IMG/VR virus record: IMGVR_UViG_3300043570_003617
Length of the DNA: 64,000 nucleotides
Strand: one strand, 5' to 3'
DNA from: a virus
The notes below the pieces were generated by a model. The model searched no databases. It saw nothing but the letters and a program-made list of their open reading frames with translations, and was not told the origin of the DNA. Shown here in pieces: positions 10,477 through 20,811 of the stretch. Every line of letters begins with the position of its first letter. Positions within the stretch are counted from its first letter, which is position 1. The position numbers were made by a program, and so were the translations under genes.

Positions 10477-10493
10477 AATTTAATATATACAAT
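10477..10493 (+). promoter_or_regulatory. putative promoter AATTTAATATATACAAT abutting the ATG
   Basis: Identical 17-mer also abuts the ATG of 19097; a very similar box abuts 20812. Confidence 0.5.
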
Positions 10494-10895
10494 ATGATTA
10501 AAAAGTATTCACAATTCATAAAAGAAGCTGATGAGGTAGAAACACCTGAAACAGAAAATCAAGAAGTTGCTAAACCTCAATCTGACAATAAATATACAGA
10601 GTTAAAAGAGGAAGTTAAATCTATGATTGAAAAAACTATTGATAAAAGCGGTGGTGATTTCGAATCATTTAAAGATAAATTTGTTAAATCACCAGAAGAC
10701 ACTAAGATTGAAGGATTTATAAATGATTCAGATATCTATGAGTTTTACTTAAAGTTTAGAAATGATATTGATGAATTATTAAATAGTGTTAAATACTTTG
10801 ATGAAGTACCAAGTGAGTCTAATACTTTTGGATTATATGATTATATCATAAGTGGTACTGAAAGAGCTGTTATTGAAGCAGTTAAGACACTTTAG
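10494..10895 (+). CDS. candidate packaged internal protein with T4-like capsid-targeting N-terminus (MIKKYSQFIKE)
   Basis: N-terminus resembles the T4 IPI/IPII/IPIII capsid-targeting sequence MKTYQEFIAE, including an I-x-E cleavage-site-like ending. One of at least 6-7 such ORFs in the window. Confidence 0.6.
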   Translation: MIKKYSQFIKEADEVETPETENQEVAKPQSDNKYTELKEEVKSMIEKTIDKSGGDFESFKDKFVKSPEDTKIEGFINDSDIYEFYLKFRNDIDELLNSVKYFDEVPSESNTFGLYDYIISGTERAVIEAVKTL

Positions 10896-11355
10896 TCCTT
10901 TTCTTCTCTGGTGCTTTTCCTTTAAAATTTAGAAAATCTATATTTTTAGTTTTTACTAAGATAACATCTTCAATTTCACTCAATCTTTTTTCGGGAAAGT
11001 GAAATAAATCATTCATAACTAGAATTATTTCTACTTTATAAGTATTTTCTATACTTCTTAGTTTTTCAATAACATCAATAATACTTTCTTTTTCTTTTCT
11101 TATAATAAAGTTTATTGGATCTATCACTACTTGTGAGATAGAATTTTTAAGCATTCCACCATTTGACATTAATTCATATTCAATATCTATTTGAAAACAA
11201 TTTGTAATAAATCTTACATCTAGATTTTCTATTTTTAGTTTTAAAATAGATTTATCAGAGTCTAGTACAAAGTACATAGACTTTCTTTTCTTATTAAGAA
11301 GGCTTAAAGCCTTGGTTGTTTTGCCTGAACGACATTCTCCGTGAATTATTACCAT
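10882..11355 (-). CDS. P-loop kinase-like protein (possible dNMP kinase)
   Basis: N-terminal Walker A IIHGECRSGKTT resembles the T4 gp1 dNMP kinase loop GVKRSGKDT. 157 aa. Confidence 0.4.
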   Translation of the reverse strand: MVIIHGECRSGKTTKALSLLNKKRKSMYFVLDSDKSILKLKIENLDVRFITNCFQIDIEYELMSNGGMLKNSISQVVIDPINFIIRKEKESIIDVIEKLRSIENTYKVEIILVMNDLFHFPEKRLSEIEDVILVKTKNIDFLNFKGKAPEKKRTKVS

Positions 11356-11789
11356 ATATATTGTCTAATAATAGACCAAGTATCTAGATGTAGATGAAAA
11401 TGATTTATTATTAGATACAAATATACAGAAAATTTAAATATTAAAAAAGACAATGATATGTATTTATGAAAAAATGTAAATTTTATTGGTTTGATAATAA
11501 GATTTAATAAAAATGAAATCACTAAAAGTGATCCAAATACATACCAACTATTTGTTATAAATCCACCAATAATCCAGACAAGTTCTATTGAAGATAAAAC
11601 ACTAGATGTTTCTGAGGCTGAATGTTCTTCTTTACTTCTGTAATCTTTTCTAATTGGTTTTTTACCAGTTACTTTTTCATATTTCTCTATCCACTCTCTA
11701 GTAGAGTATATCTTTCTAAATCTTAGAATAATCGAAAGTATTGAAAAGGCGACTAATAAACCAATTGCATAATATATATGTCCTATCAT
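11349..11789 (-). CDS. small integral membrane protein
   Basis: 3-4 hydrophobic segments. Overlaps the stop of the upstream gene by 7 nt. Confidence 0.5.
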   Translation of the reverse strand: MIGHIYYAIGLLVAFSILSIILRFRKIYSTREWIEKYEKVTGKKPIRKDYRSKEEHSASETSSVLSSIELVWIIGGFITNSWYVFGSLLVISFLLNLIIKPIKFTFFHKYISLSFLIFKFSVYLYLIINHFHLHLDTWSIIRQYIW

Positions 11790-11883
11790 AGTTATTATAT
11801 TTATTAAATATTGTTTGTTTGCTTTTCAAAGAAACAGAAGATGTAAATAATTATATATAGATTATAAAATAATTGATTAATAA

Positions 11884-14610
11884 ATGGCGTCTACACCTCT
11901 TTATAAGTTTCTAAAAGCAAATGGTACTTCGTTTTATGCGTTCCCAGGCGCAGCTGAGGATATATCAGCAGCTTACCAAAATTCAAACTATAGAATGTAT
12001 TTTTCAAAGTTTGTTCTATTGGATTTACCTAAACAAAATTTAACAGCTGGAACAATGTCAAATCCAATTTTATTTGATTTTGACAATAGTTTTAGTAAAT
12101 CACCAGTTGCAACACCCCCTGCGGATTATAAAGAACAACTAATAGAATCATTAAGAAATTATGTAGCCAATCAAGAAGTTGTTATTAGAGAAAGTAGACT
12201 AAATAACACTAAATATTATTACGATACAAATGCTTTAGAAACTCCAACTGAGAAAATATTTTTCAAATGGTGTAAGAAATTAAATTTAATTGATTTTGAA
12301 GCAGCTATTCCTGAAGATGAATACTTTAGTAGTATGGCTGAGTTTCAAAGAAATAATATTAATGATGATAATTATTTTCCAGAGTATTTATGGAAAGAAA
12401 GAGAAATTATTCCTTGGGACACTATTTCATATGATTCGAGTTCTGTTGCTGCTTATTCACAGTATCTTGAAATAGAATTTTCAGGAAAAACTAACTTTAG
12501 AGTTGGTGATAAAATTAAAATATTTGATGTTAGTAATACTACCATAAGCACTAACGGTTTATATAATACAAGTATGGATGGTTCTGATACCCCTGAAGGA
12601 ATTCAAACGAATGTATTATACATAACTCCAGATAATGGAACAACTGGTCAAAAAGTAGTAGTTGATATTCTTACGACAATATCACAACTACCTGAAACAA
12701 CAGGACAAGCTGAGTTAGTTTATCATAGATTAGTTCAATATATTGGTGAAGTAACTGGTGTTAGTAATGTTCAAGAAGCTAATAGAAATTATACTGAGGT
12801 TTATGCTCATATACCAGATCATACTGGACAAACACCTGATATCTTATTTAGAACGATGTTAGATGTTAACTATAAACCAAATTTAACATTCCCTATATTA
12901 CCAAGTCAATATCAATCTGAAGTTATGGGTGCTGAGTTATTTAACTCTCCTTTAGTAAGTTCTCCTCAGAATTATCCAGGTTCTTATTTTGCACAATTTG
13001 ATACTCCAGATTTTACATATGAAACAGCTACTGGTGATTCAATTAGAAGAAGTGGTGATTATTATGGTGTTAATGGAGATATTAACAATCCAATTGTTGA
13101 TGGTTCTACAATAGATGGTATTTCATTAGACTTTAATAATAGTCACTATGTTAAAATGAATATTTTTAATAAAGTTTTAACTAATTTTGATCAGTTTAAT
13201 GCTTTAGAAGTTAATAATAATCCCCCAGAAGATTTTGAATTTAATGCTATTTTATGGTATTACACTGTTCAAAAGCCAGATGCTAATGGTAATCAAGTTT
13301 CTAAAAGTAACTTATATGGTATATCTTTCTTAGATAATCCAGATAACAATCCAATCACTGATGAGATTGGTGTTAGATTCCCAGTTTATAAAAAATTAGT
13401 TTCTAATGGATTACAAGACGGTACTTCATATGCTTTCAGTTTAAATTTGAACTTTAATATATCAAATGATAATCCACAACAATCATATAACCCAGAAGCA
13501 ATAAACTCATTATTTAGTATGAATTTATTTAATCAAGCTATGAGTAGGTTGTCGTCTACTAATGATAGTTTCTTAAATATAATTGCTGAACAAGGTAATG
13601 TAAAAGATGAGATTACTTCATTAAAACAATTGCTTTATACTCAAACAGATTTAGCTACTATAAATGCTAAGATTTCAAATTTAGAAGGTTTATTAAAGTT
13701 ATATTCTACTATGCAATTTGTTAGTAGTGATAGTATTTCTGTTGTTACTAATCCTGGTACTCCAAACACAGTTTCTATGTTTAACCAAGAAACAAGTTAT
13801 ACGAGAATTGATAGTGTTAAAACTACTAGTTTATATCAATCTACTGGTATTATTCCATTAAATTTATCAGTTCCAACTAATAAAAATTTTTTATTAATTA
13901 TTGATAATAATGATGAGGTTGATTTAACTTTACCAAATAATGATAGATTGACTGTTGTTCTTGATAGAGACTTAGATTATAGACAAAAGTTAGATATTTA
14001 TATTAAAGGATCTAATTTAGCTTCTCAAAATAAAAAATTAGATATTTATATAAATAGTACAGTTGCAACAACTGCAGCAAGTTCGATAAATACTTCAGAA
14101 GTTTTATTATTGGGTGATATTGATTTACCAGTATTCTTTAATACTGTTAATTCACTTCCTAATTCTGCTTATTTGTGGAAAGATTTCAATTTTGATATTG
14201 ATTTTAATAAAACTATTCAATATACAACTGGTGATATACTTGAAGTTCCATTAGTAGGAAATACTACAATTATAAATAATTCAATAAAACCAGGTGATGT
14301 ATTTACACTTAATAATTTTTATGTAGGAACTTCTTCTATATTTGATTTCTCAGGACAATATAAAGTTGATTCATTAGGTGGTTCAACTAGTTCATACATT
14401 TACTTAAATGCGGATAGTAATCCAGATTTAGTAGCTTATGGATCTTCAGCTTCTTTACCATTTTATTTTCATGGTACTTCTTCTACTTTACTATCAAATA
14501 CTCCTTATTTCAGTTTGAATAAAGGTAAAAAAATTAGTATTACTAGAATTTCAACTTCAAATACTTCATTAACTGAAAAATACCACATTGATATCGAAGA
14601 TATAAAATAA
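11884..14610 (+). CDS. hypothetical large (908 aa) structural-module protein
   Basis: Long ORF in the co-oriented structural block. Ser/Thr/Asn-rich. No recognisable catalytic motif. Confidence 0.7.
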   Translation: MASTPLYKFLKANGTSFYAFPGAAEDISAAYQNSNYRMYFSKFVLLDLPKQNLTAGTMSNPILFDFDNSFSKSPVATPPADYKEQLIESLRNYVANQEVVIRESRLNNTKYYYDTNALETPTEKIFFKWCKKLNLIDFEAAIPEDEYFSSMAEFQRNNINDDNYFPEYLWKEREIIPWDTISYDSSSVAAYSQYLEIEFSGKTNFRVGDKIKIFDVSNTTISTNGLYNTSMDGSDTPEGIQTNVLYITPDNGTTGQKVVVDILTTISQLPETTGQAELVYHRLVQYIGEVTGVSNVQEANRNYTEVYAHIPDHTGQTPDILFRTMLDVNYKPNLTFPILPSQYQSEVMGAELFNSPLVSSPQNYPGSYFAQFDTPDFTYETATGDSIRRSGDYYGVNGDINNPIVDGSTIDGISLDFNNSHYVKMNIFNKVLTNFDQFNALEVNNNPPEDFEFNAILWYYTVQKPDANGNQVSKSNLYGISFLDNPDNNPITDEIGVRFPVYKKLVSNGLQDGTSYAFSLNLNFNISNDNPQQSYNPEAINSLFSMNLFNQAMSRLSSTNDSFLNIIAEQGNVKDEITSLKQLLYTQTDLATINAKISNLEGLLKLYSTMQFVSSDSISVVTNPGTPNTVSMFNQETSYTRIDSVKTTSLYQSTGIIPLNLSVPTNKNFLLIIDNNDEVDLTLPNNDRLTVVLDRDLDYRQKLDIYIKGSNLASQNKKLDIYINSTVATTAASSINTSEVLLLGDIDLPVFFNTVNSLPNSAYLWKDFNFDIDFNKTIQYTTGDILEVPLVGNTTIINNSIKPGDVFTLNNFYVGTSSIFDFSGQYKVDSLGGSTSSYIYLNADSNPDLVAYGSSASLPFYFHGTSSTLLSNTPYFSLNKGKKISITRISTSNTSLTEKYHIDIEDIK

Positions 14611-14656
14611 TGCGTCTTTTGATTTTAATATATAAGTTAAAATAAAAAGATACATT

Positions 14657-15811
14657 ATGTCAATAGGATGTGGAGCAAATTTATTTGGTACAAAAAGTCA
14701 GTTTATCAAAACTAATGGTGGAGATTTTATTGCTGTTGATGGTTCAAACACCAGAGAGAGACTAATATTATCGGATTTAAGAATACCCTATAAACAAATA
14801 TTAAAGAGCAGAATAATACTTAAAACTGGTCAAACAAATTACTTATTAAATCATTTAGGTCTTGGTGATAATGCCACATTCCTTTGTATGAAAGCTGTTT
14901 ATGATACTAAAGCTGTTATAGAAGCTGATAGATATGTAAATTGGAGTTATTATGATGACTTAACTAGAATTAATAGTTTTGCTGATATGATGGTTTTGAC
15001 TGGTAATTCAACTCACAGAATTCCTCAATTATATCTTACAAATCCTAGTGATAAATATCCAGTTTTTATAGATGTTATGGTTGGTGTTATTGATGATAGT
15101 TATTCAATATTTACTGATACTATTAATCAAAGTGGTACATCATTTACAGGTTTAGAATATACGGATATTCATAGTCATGTTGTTGGTGAATCACTTGTTA
15201 TTAATGATAAAAGTTCTCCAGTTAAACCTTTAATTTATATTAGATTGAGTGATATTAATTCAATTGAAAGAAGCGGTCAAATTTTAATTATAGATGATTC
15301 TAGTTTAGGTATTATATTTTTACAATTCTTAACTGAAAATGATACTTATCAAGCACATTCATTACTAAATTATGTTTTAGAACATCCAAGTACTAATATA
15401 GATACTTTAAGTCCGGTAAGTGATAGTCTTGATCCTATTCTTCATTTTTATGATAAGGTTGGTGCTGAATATATTGCATTTAATGGAGCTACTGCTGGTG
15501 TTCCTTATGATACAAGTTTTGGTAATACCTTCTCAACTTCGATATCATTAATAACTTATGGTACAACATATTCTTGGGCACCAAATGGTGTCATAGACAA
15601 GTCTGAATTGATTTACTTATTAGTTGATTATATTGAAGATAATAGAGATGGATATATGAGTTTCTTACCTTCTAACCTAATTATCTCAGGAACAGCTGGT
15701 AATATTGATAATATACTAAACCCAGGTACATATTCAGTAACATTTAATTTCTCTGATATAGCTCATAATTATTTAGATGGTGTAATAGTAAACCTTAATA
15801 TAACTGCTTAA
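14657..15811 (+). CDS. hypothetical protein (384 aa)
   Basis: ORF in the structural block with a TTTTAATATATAAG box ~20 nt upstream. Confidence 0.65.
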   Translation: MSIGCGANLFGTKSQFIKTNGGDFIAVDGSNTRERLILSDLRIPYKQILKSRIILKTGQTNYLLNHLGLGDNATFLCMKAVYDTKAVIEADRYVNWSYYDDLTRINSFADMMVLTGNSTHRIPQLYLTNPSDKYPVFIDVMVGVIDDSYSIFTDTINQSGTSFTGLEYTDIHSHVVGESLVINDKSSPVKPLIYIRLSDINSIERSGQILIIDDSSLGIIFLQFLTENDTYQAHSLLNYVLEHPSTNIDTLSPVSDSLDPILHFYDKVGAEYIAFNGATAGVPYDTSFGNTFSTSISLITYGTTYSWAPNGVIDKSELIYLLVDYIEDNRDGYMSFLPSNLIISGTAGNIDNILNPGTYSVTFNFSDIAHNYLDGVIVNLNITA

Positions 15812-15828
15812 AAAAATTAAAAAGAAAA

Positions 15829-17019
15829 ATGATTTTTATTTACAATAGATTTTTGAGACCAATAACATCAAGTGATAATAATATTCAAGTGTTGGATAAT
15901 ACTGGTTCTGTGGTTTATACAATAAATCCATTTTCTGTAGGAACTACAAGAGTTTCAAATAATGTATTAGAAATTTCTTTTAAGAGTGGTAAAACAATAT
16001 CTATTCCATTTTCTTCAATTAATGAGTCTAAAACAGCTTTAAGTTTATTTCAATCACAACTTGATACACTTTTAGAAAAGACTCCAACATTAATGGATGT
16101 TCAAATTAAAAATTATATTGATAGTATATCTTCTTCGGGAACCTCAGGTAAAAGTGGAACTTCAGGCGTTGATGGTAATTTCTACGGATCATCGGGATCA
16201 TCGGGAACTTCAGGTGTTAATGGATCAAGTGGATCTTCTGGTACTTCTGGATCATCAGGTACAAGTGGATCTTCTGGTACTTCTGGATCATCAGGTACAA
16301 GTGGATCTTCTGGTACTTCTGGATCTTCTGGTACTTCTGGATCATCAGGCACAAGTGGATCTTCTGGTATATCAGGTATGAGTGGATCTTCCGGTACATC
16401 AGGTATGAGTGGATCTTCCGGTACATCAGGTATGAGTGGGTCTTCTGGTACATCAGGTATGAGTGGATCATCAGGTACAAGTGGATCTTCTGGGTCATCA
16501 GGTACAAGTGGATCTTCTGGGTCATCAGGTACAAGTGGATCTTCTGGTTCAAGTGGGTCATCTGGGACATCAGGTTCTGCTGGTACATCTGGTACATCAC
16601 CTTCAACCAATTTAACACTTAGTGGTGATTTAGTTGTTAGTGGTCAATCAACATTTACAGAAGTAACGGAAGTTATAAATTCAACACCATCAGGTGCTAC
16701 GGCTTCAACAGTAACTTATGACTTTTCTTCTGGTAATATTTGGTATCATGGAACTGCATCACAGAATTATATAGCAAATTTTATAAATATACCTACTACA
16801 AATTTTAGAACAATAACTACAACTGTTGTTATTGCACAAGGCGGAACTGCTTATATACCTACGACCGTGAAGATTAATGGAACTGCTTCTACTGTTAAAT
16901 GGTCTGGTGGAACTGCATCAGGTAGTGCTAATAAAGTTGATATAATTGGATTTAGTTTTATCTATACAAATAGTGGTATTCCTACTCAAGTTTTAGGTCA
17001 AATAAATTCATTTAATTAA
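15829..17019 (+). CDS. collagen-like (Gly-X-Y) repeat protein, probable fibre component
   Basis: About 160 residues of (GSSGTS)n / GMSGSSGTS triplet repeats, followed by a globular Thr-rich C-terminal domain. Confidence 0.8.
   Translation: MIFIYNRFLRPITSSDNNIQVLDNTGSVVYTINPFSVGTTRVSNNVLEISFKSGKTISIPFSSINESKTALSLFQSQLDTLLEKTPTLMDVQIKNYIDSISSSGTSGKSGTSGVDGNFYGSSGSSGTSGVNGSSGSSGTSGSSGTSGSSGTSGSSGTSGSSGTSGSSGTSGSSGTSGSSGISGMSGSSGTSGMSGSSGTSGMSGSSGTSGMSGSSGTSGSSGSSGTSGSSGSSGTSGSSGSSGSSGTSGSAGTSGTSPSTNLTLSGDLVVSGQSTFTEVTEVINSTPSGATASTVTYDFSSGNIWYHGTASQNYIANFINIPTTNFRTITTTVVIAQGGTAYIPTTVKINGTASTVKWSGGTASGSANKVDIIGFSFIYTNSGIPTQVLGQINSFN
16130..16615. repeat. tandem nucleotide repeats (18/36-nt units) encoding the collagen-like tract
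   Basis: Near-identical units ggatcttctggtacttctggatcatcaggtacaagt are repeated. They generate spurious ORFs in other frames and on the opposite strand. Confidence 0.85.
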
Positions 17020-17020
17020 T

Positions 17021-19078
17021 ATGTTATCAAGAATTAGCAATTTTTCAGGACCTTTATCAATTCTATTCAAAAGAAATTTAGATCAAAATAATTTGATTTT
17101 AGATTTACGATCAAAAATTGGACTATCTGAAATAACTTGGCAAGACCAATCATCATATAATAACGACGCTACTTTTTATGGTTCAGTTGTTACGGATTCC
17201 ATAAATGGTGAAATTGTTCTTTCATTAGATGGTGTAAATGAATACATATTTCCAACAAATGGATTTGGTAATATTTTAGACACAGGGTTTACTTATGAAG
17301 TTTGGGCTCGTCCGGGTACCTCATCAAATGGAGTTCTTTTATTAGAGACTGGGCAAGCAGCAACAAGTAGTCTTTGGAATGACAATCAAATGGCTTTTGT
17401 TTCAAATAAAATTAATGTAGGATTATTTGATCCAAATGACTTCACACCTAATTATATTACAGGTCCTACATTCTCGGTTGACACATGGTATAATATAGTA
17501 ATGACATATGATGGCACCACACTAATTGAATATGTTAATGGTGTTTCAGTTGGTAGTAGTATTGGTGTTAAGTCAAATCCATCAAGTACTTATTTATCTT
17601 TAGGTAGACCAGGTTTGGCTACTAATTACCTTGGTGGTTCAACAGGTCATTTTAAAGGTTATATAGGTGTTTGGAGAATATGGGATGGCCCTCTTGATAA
17701 CACTGAAATTCTTTTAAATTATAACACAAACAGAGAGGCATATGATACATTTATTACAAATAACACAATACTTTATTTAGATGCTGGATCTGCGTCATCT
17801 TATCCAGGTTCTGGTAGTGTTTGGTATGATTTAAGTGTACAGGATAATGATGCTACACTGACAAATACAACATATAATAGTATAAATGGTGGTTATTTTA
17901 CATTTAATGGTGTTGTAAATAGCAAAGGAGCATTGACATCATCCAAATATAATGTGGTTTACTCTGGTAAAACTGTATTTGTTACTGCTTATCTATCAAG
18001 TAACATGATTAATAATACTTATAGAGCAATTTTAGGTTCCTCAGCGGGTGTTAGAAATTTTAACTTTTATTTATATAGAAATATCAGTGGTAATTATCAG
18101 TTGCATTACTCGGCTAATAGTGTTGGTGGATTGAGTGATACTTTAACTTCTTTTACACCAGGTACTTGGTTCACTGCTGCAGTGACACAAACTACTGGTG
18201 GTTTAATGAGTTATTACTTTAATGGTCAACCAGTTGGTACTGGAACCGCTGCCTTTTCTCAATATTTATCAGGAAGTACTGAGAATGTTGCTGTTGCTGA
18301 TAATTTTTGGGATGGTAGAATTGGTTTGGCTTCTGTTTATAAAGTTGCTTTATCATCTTCTGAGATATTACAAAATCACAATGGTGTTAAGAATAGATAT
18401 TCCAATTTTGTAGATACTAACTTAGTACTTTATTTTAATCCTAATAAAGATTTAAATTATCCAAATTCTATTAATGATTTAAGTGGTAATTCATTAAATG
18501 GTACTTTATCAAATAACACATTTACGGCACCATATCTAACTTTTAATGGATCAAGTTCAACAGTATTGGTATCTGATAATTCATTATTAGAACCAGGAAC
18601 TGGTGATTTCAGTGTTGAAGTTTGGGTTAATTATTCGGTAATTGCGGGTGGTAGTAGATGTGTGCTTAGTAAAACAGATGGGCCTAATAGTGTGGAATGG
18701 GGATATGGTATTAGAACTAACTCATCCGGTTTGACCTATATGGAAGTTGGTAATGGAACTACAACATTAAATTCACCAACATATACCGTAACAACAAACA
18801 CTTGGTATCAAATTGTTGGTGTATTTACTAATGTTGCGTCAAACTCAATTGCACTTTATGTAAATGGAGTGAGTCAAGGTACTTCAACTTCTCATTCATT
18901 TACCAGTGTTAAAAATACAACACATAATATATCAATCGGTTCATTTGATAACAATATTGGTGGTTATGGTCAGTGGTTTAACGGAAAAATGGGTATAGTG
19001 AGAATTTATAACTCTGCTTTAACTGCTTCTGATGTTTCTAAAAACTTTGAAGCTGATAGAGACATTTATGAAATTTAA
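17021..19078 (+). CDS. LamG/concanavalin-A-like lectin repeat protein (probable fibre or receptor-binding)
   Basis: Three copies of the jelly-roll signature: DTWYNIVMTYDGTTLIEYVNGVSVG, GTWFTAAVTQTTGGLMSYYFNGQPVG and NTWYQIVGVFTNVASNSIALYVNGVSQG. Confidence 0.55.
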   Translation: MLSRISNFSGPLSILFKRNLDQNNLILDLRSKIGLSEITWQDQSSYNNDATFYGSVVTDSINGEIVLSLDGVNEYIFPTNGFGNILDTGFTYEVWARPGTSSNGVLLLETGQAATSSLWNDNQMAFVSNKINVGLFDPNDFTPNYITGPTFSVDTWYNIVMTYDGTTLIEYVNGVSVGSSIGVKSNPSSTYLSLGRPGLATNYLGGSTGHFKGYIGVWRIWDGPLDNTEILLNYNTNREAYDTFITNNTILYLDAGSASSYPGSGSVWYDLSVQDNDATLTNTTYNSINGGYFTFNGVVNSKGALTSSKYNVVYSGKTVFVTAYLSSNMINNTYRAILGSSAGVRNFNFYLYRNISGNYQLHYSANSVGGLSDTLTSFTPGTWFTAAVTQTTGGLMSYYFNGQPVGTGTAAFSQYLSGSTENVAVADNFWDGRIGLASVYKVALSSSEILQNHNGVKNRYSNFVDTNLVLYFNPNKDLNYPNSINDLSGNSLNGTLSNNTFTAPYLTFNGSSSTVLVSDNSLLEPGTGDFSVEVWVNYSVIAGGSRCVLSKTDGPNSVEWGYGIRTNSSGLTYMEVGNGTTTLNSPTYTVTTNTWYQIVGVFTNVASNSIALYVNGVSQGTSTSHSFTSVKNTTHNISIGSFDNNIGGYGQWFNGKMGIVRIYNSALTASDVSKNFEADRDIYEI

Positions 19079-19079
19079 C

Positions 19080-19096
19080 AATTTAATATATACAAT
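19080..19096 (+). promoter_or_regulatory. putative promoter AATTTAATATATACAAT abutting the ATG
   Basis: 17-mer identical to the one upstream of 10494. Confidence 0.5.
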
Positions 19097-20053
19097 ATGA
19101 TTAAAAGATATTTAGAATTTATAAAAGAAAATCTCAACGGTTTTAATTCACTTGGTGAGTGGATTGAATCTCTTATGGAGGATGAGTATGTTAGAAACAT
19201 TATAGCTCGTTATACAAAAGATTCTGACCATTCTATTGACTTATCAAATGCTATTAATATCTTAGATGATAAAACTAAACAAGAGATAAAAGCTCAAATA
19301 GACCATTATTTAGAAAACGGTATTGAGGAAAAAGAACCTCAGTTTTTAGTTTCTACAGATTTAGAACCTTTAACAGAATCTGAAATTACAGTTGCTGGAA
19401 AAGGTATATTTATTTCTTTCTTAAAATCATTAACAAGTTTAGGTCAAAAAGAGGTTCAACCATCTTGGGAAAAATGTCCTGATGGATTCTTATTATTTTA
19501 TCATTATCCTAATTTACAATCAGAAGATGTTAAACAAGTATTCTCAAGATTTAAGTCTTTAACTAGATATTTAGATATAGTTGATTATCAAAAGAACGAG
19601 ACAGATCTTTACTTTGGTATTAAATGTGATGGTAATTTCGAATACGGTGTTCATTATGATGTGTTAAAACCAATTGGTCAGTTTAGATTATCACAATCTG
19701 TTATTAAATGGATTTGTCAAATAGAATCTAAATCAGCTTCTTCATTAAAGAAAGAATTAGTTAATTTAACTTTAGCTGATGTTATTACATTAGGTAAGAT
19801 TAAAACAGATATGTTAACATTTAATCCAGGATATCACGAAAAGAAATTATCACCTATGTTAAAAGATAGAGTTATTTCATTTGGTTACTTTGGTGTTGGT
19901 AGATGGGATAATGGTAAAATTGATGAAGGTGAATTAATGAATGTTAAAAATAACTTTACTACTTGGTTACTTACTAAAAGATGGGGAAGTAAAGTTTTAA
20001 TAAGTGTTAAACCAAATTCTTTTTGGTTATACTTACATTTGAAATTAAAGTAA
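19097..20053 (+). CDS. candidate packaged internal protein with T4-like capsid-targeting N-terminus (MIKRYLEFIKE)
   Basis: CTS-like N-terminus. 318 aa. Confidence 0.6.
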   Translation: MIKRYLEFIKENLNGFNSLGEWIESLMEDEYVRNIIARYTKDSDHSIDLSNAINILDDKTKQEIKAQIDHYLENGIEEKEPQFLVSTDLEPLTESEITVAGKGIFISFLKSLTSLGQKEVQPSWEKCPDGFLLFYHYPNLQSEDVKQVFSRFKSLTRYLDIVDYQKNETDLYFGIKCDGNFEYGVHYDVLKPIGQFRLSQSVIKWICQIESKSASSLKKELVNLTLADVITLGKIKTDMLTFNPGYHEKKLSPMLKDRVISFGYFGVGRWDNGKIDEGELMNVKNNFTTWLLTKRWGSKVLISVKPNSFWLYLHLKLK

Positions 20054-20055
20054 TT

Positions 20056-20796
20056 ATGAAAATTAAAAACTATAAATTATTTTTAGAGTCAAATGATTTT
20101 GACTTTGATTTTTTAGCAAACATTGGTAAAATGAAACAAGCTATTATTAAAATAGTTCAACTTCATGAGAAAAAGTGTTATGATGATATTAAACTATCAT
20201 CTTATGAAAGATTTAAAGCTTCATTGAATGATTTAATTGATAGTGCTGTTAAAGGTGAATTTACAATAACAGAAGATTACTTATCTGTAATTAATTTGTT
20301 TGAAAAAGAAGTTTATAATAAAAGTTTATTTTCCTCTTATGAGGAATCAATGTTTAGTCATTTAGATGATTTGATATCTTGTTTTAATAGTTTATTGGAT
20401 AATGAAGAGAGAGATGAAGAAGATATTATGAGATTAGGAAAAGAAGCTGATCATATCTTAGATAAGATGGATGATTCTTGGGTTTATGAGAACGAATCTG
20501 ATAATAGTAATTTTGAAATTAACACTGATGGTATTGATGATGCTATTGCTGGTTTAGAAGATAGATTATCAAAAGAAACTGATGCCATGTGGACTTCTGA
20601 AGAAGAATTTGAAAAAGATATTGAATCCTATATTGGTAAAAAAATAGAAGATTTTGATTATTCTGAAAAACTTCAAGCTTTTCAATATATTGAAAATAAA
20701 GAATGGGTAAAAAATATACTTGAAGGTGGTTCTGAGAAAGATAAAAATTTTGTTAATAATTTTCTTTCACAAATGAAAGATTTATTTGAACTATAA
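20056..20796 (+). CDS. acidic hypothetical protein; start re-assigned to internal ATG (MKIKNYKLFLES), weaker CTS-like N-terminus
   Basis: Track ORF 20023 overlaps the upstream gene. The in-frame ATG at 20056 follows the upstream stop by 2 nt and gives a KxYxxF-type N-terminus. Confidence 0.55.
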   Translation: MKIKNYKLFLESNDFDFDFLANIGKMKQAIIKIVQLHEKKCYDDIKLSSYERFKASLNDLIDSAVKGEFTITEDYLSVINLFEKEVYNKSLFSSYEESMFSHLDDLISCFNSLLDNEERDEEDIMRLGKEADHILDKMDDSWVYENESDNSNFEINTDGIDDAIAGLEDRLSKETDAMWTSEEEFEKDIESYIGKKIEDFDYSEKLQAFQYIENKEWVKNILEGGSEKDKNFVNNFLSQMKDLFEL

Positions 20797-20811
20797 TTTA
20801 ATATATAAAAT
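20795..20811 (+). promoter_or_regulatory. putative promoter AATTTAATATATAAAAT abutting the ATG
   Basis: Variant of the recurring motif. Confidence 0.45.

Noticed and set aside
16130-16615. Possible CRISPR array suggested by regular short repeats
   Set aside because: The repeats are in-frame coding units of a Gly-X-Y protein, have no unique spacers, and no cas genes are nearby.
16097-16618. Three long ORFs (16097..16381 +, 16182..16610 -, 16217..16618 -) with striking PEDP/LVPDDPE and KIHLYLM repeats
   Set aside because: They are alternative-frame and antisense shadows of the collagen-like GSSGTS tandem repeats inside the real gene 15829..17019; their periodicity simply mirrors the DNA repeat.
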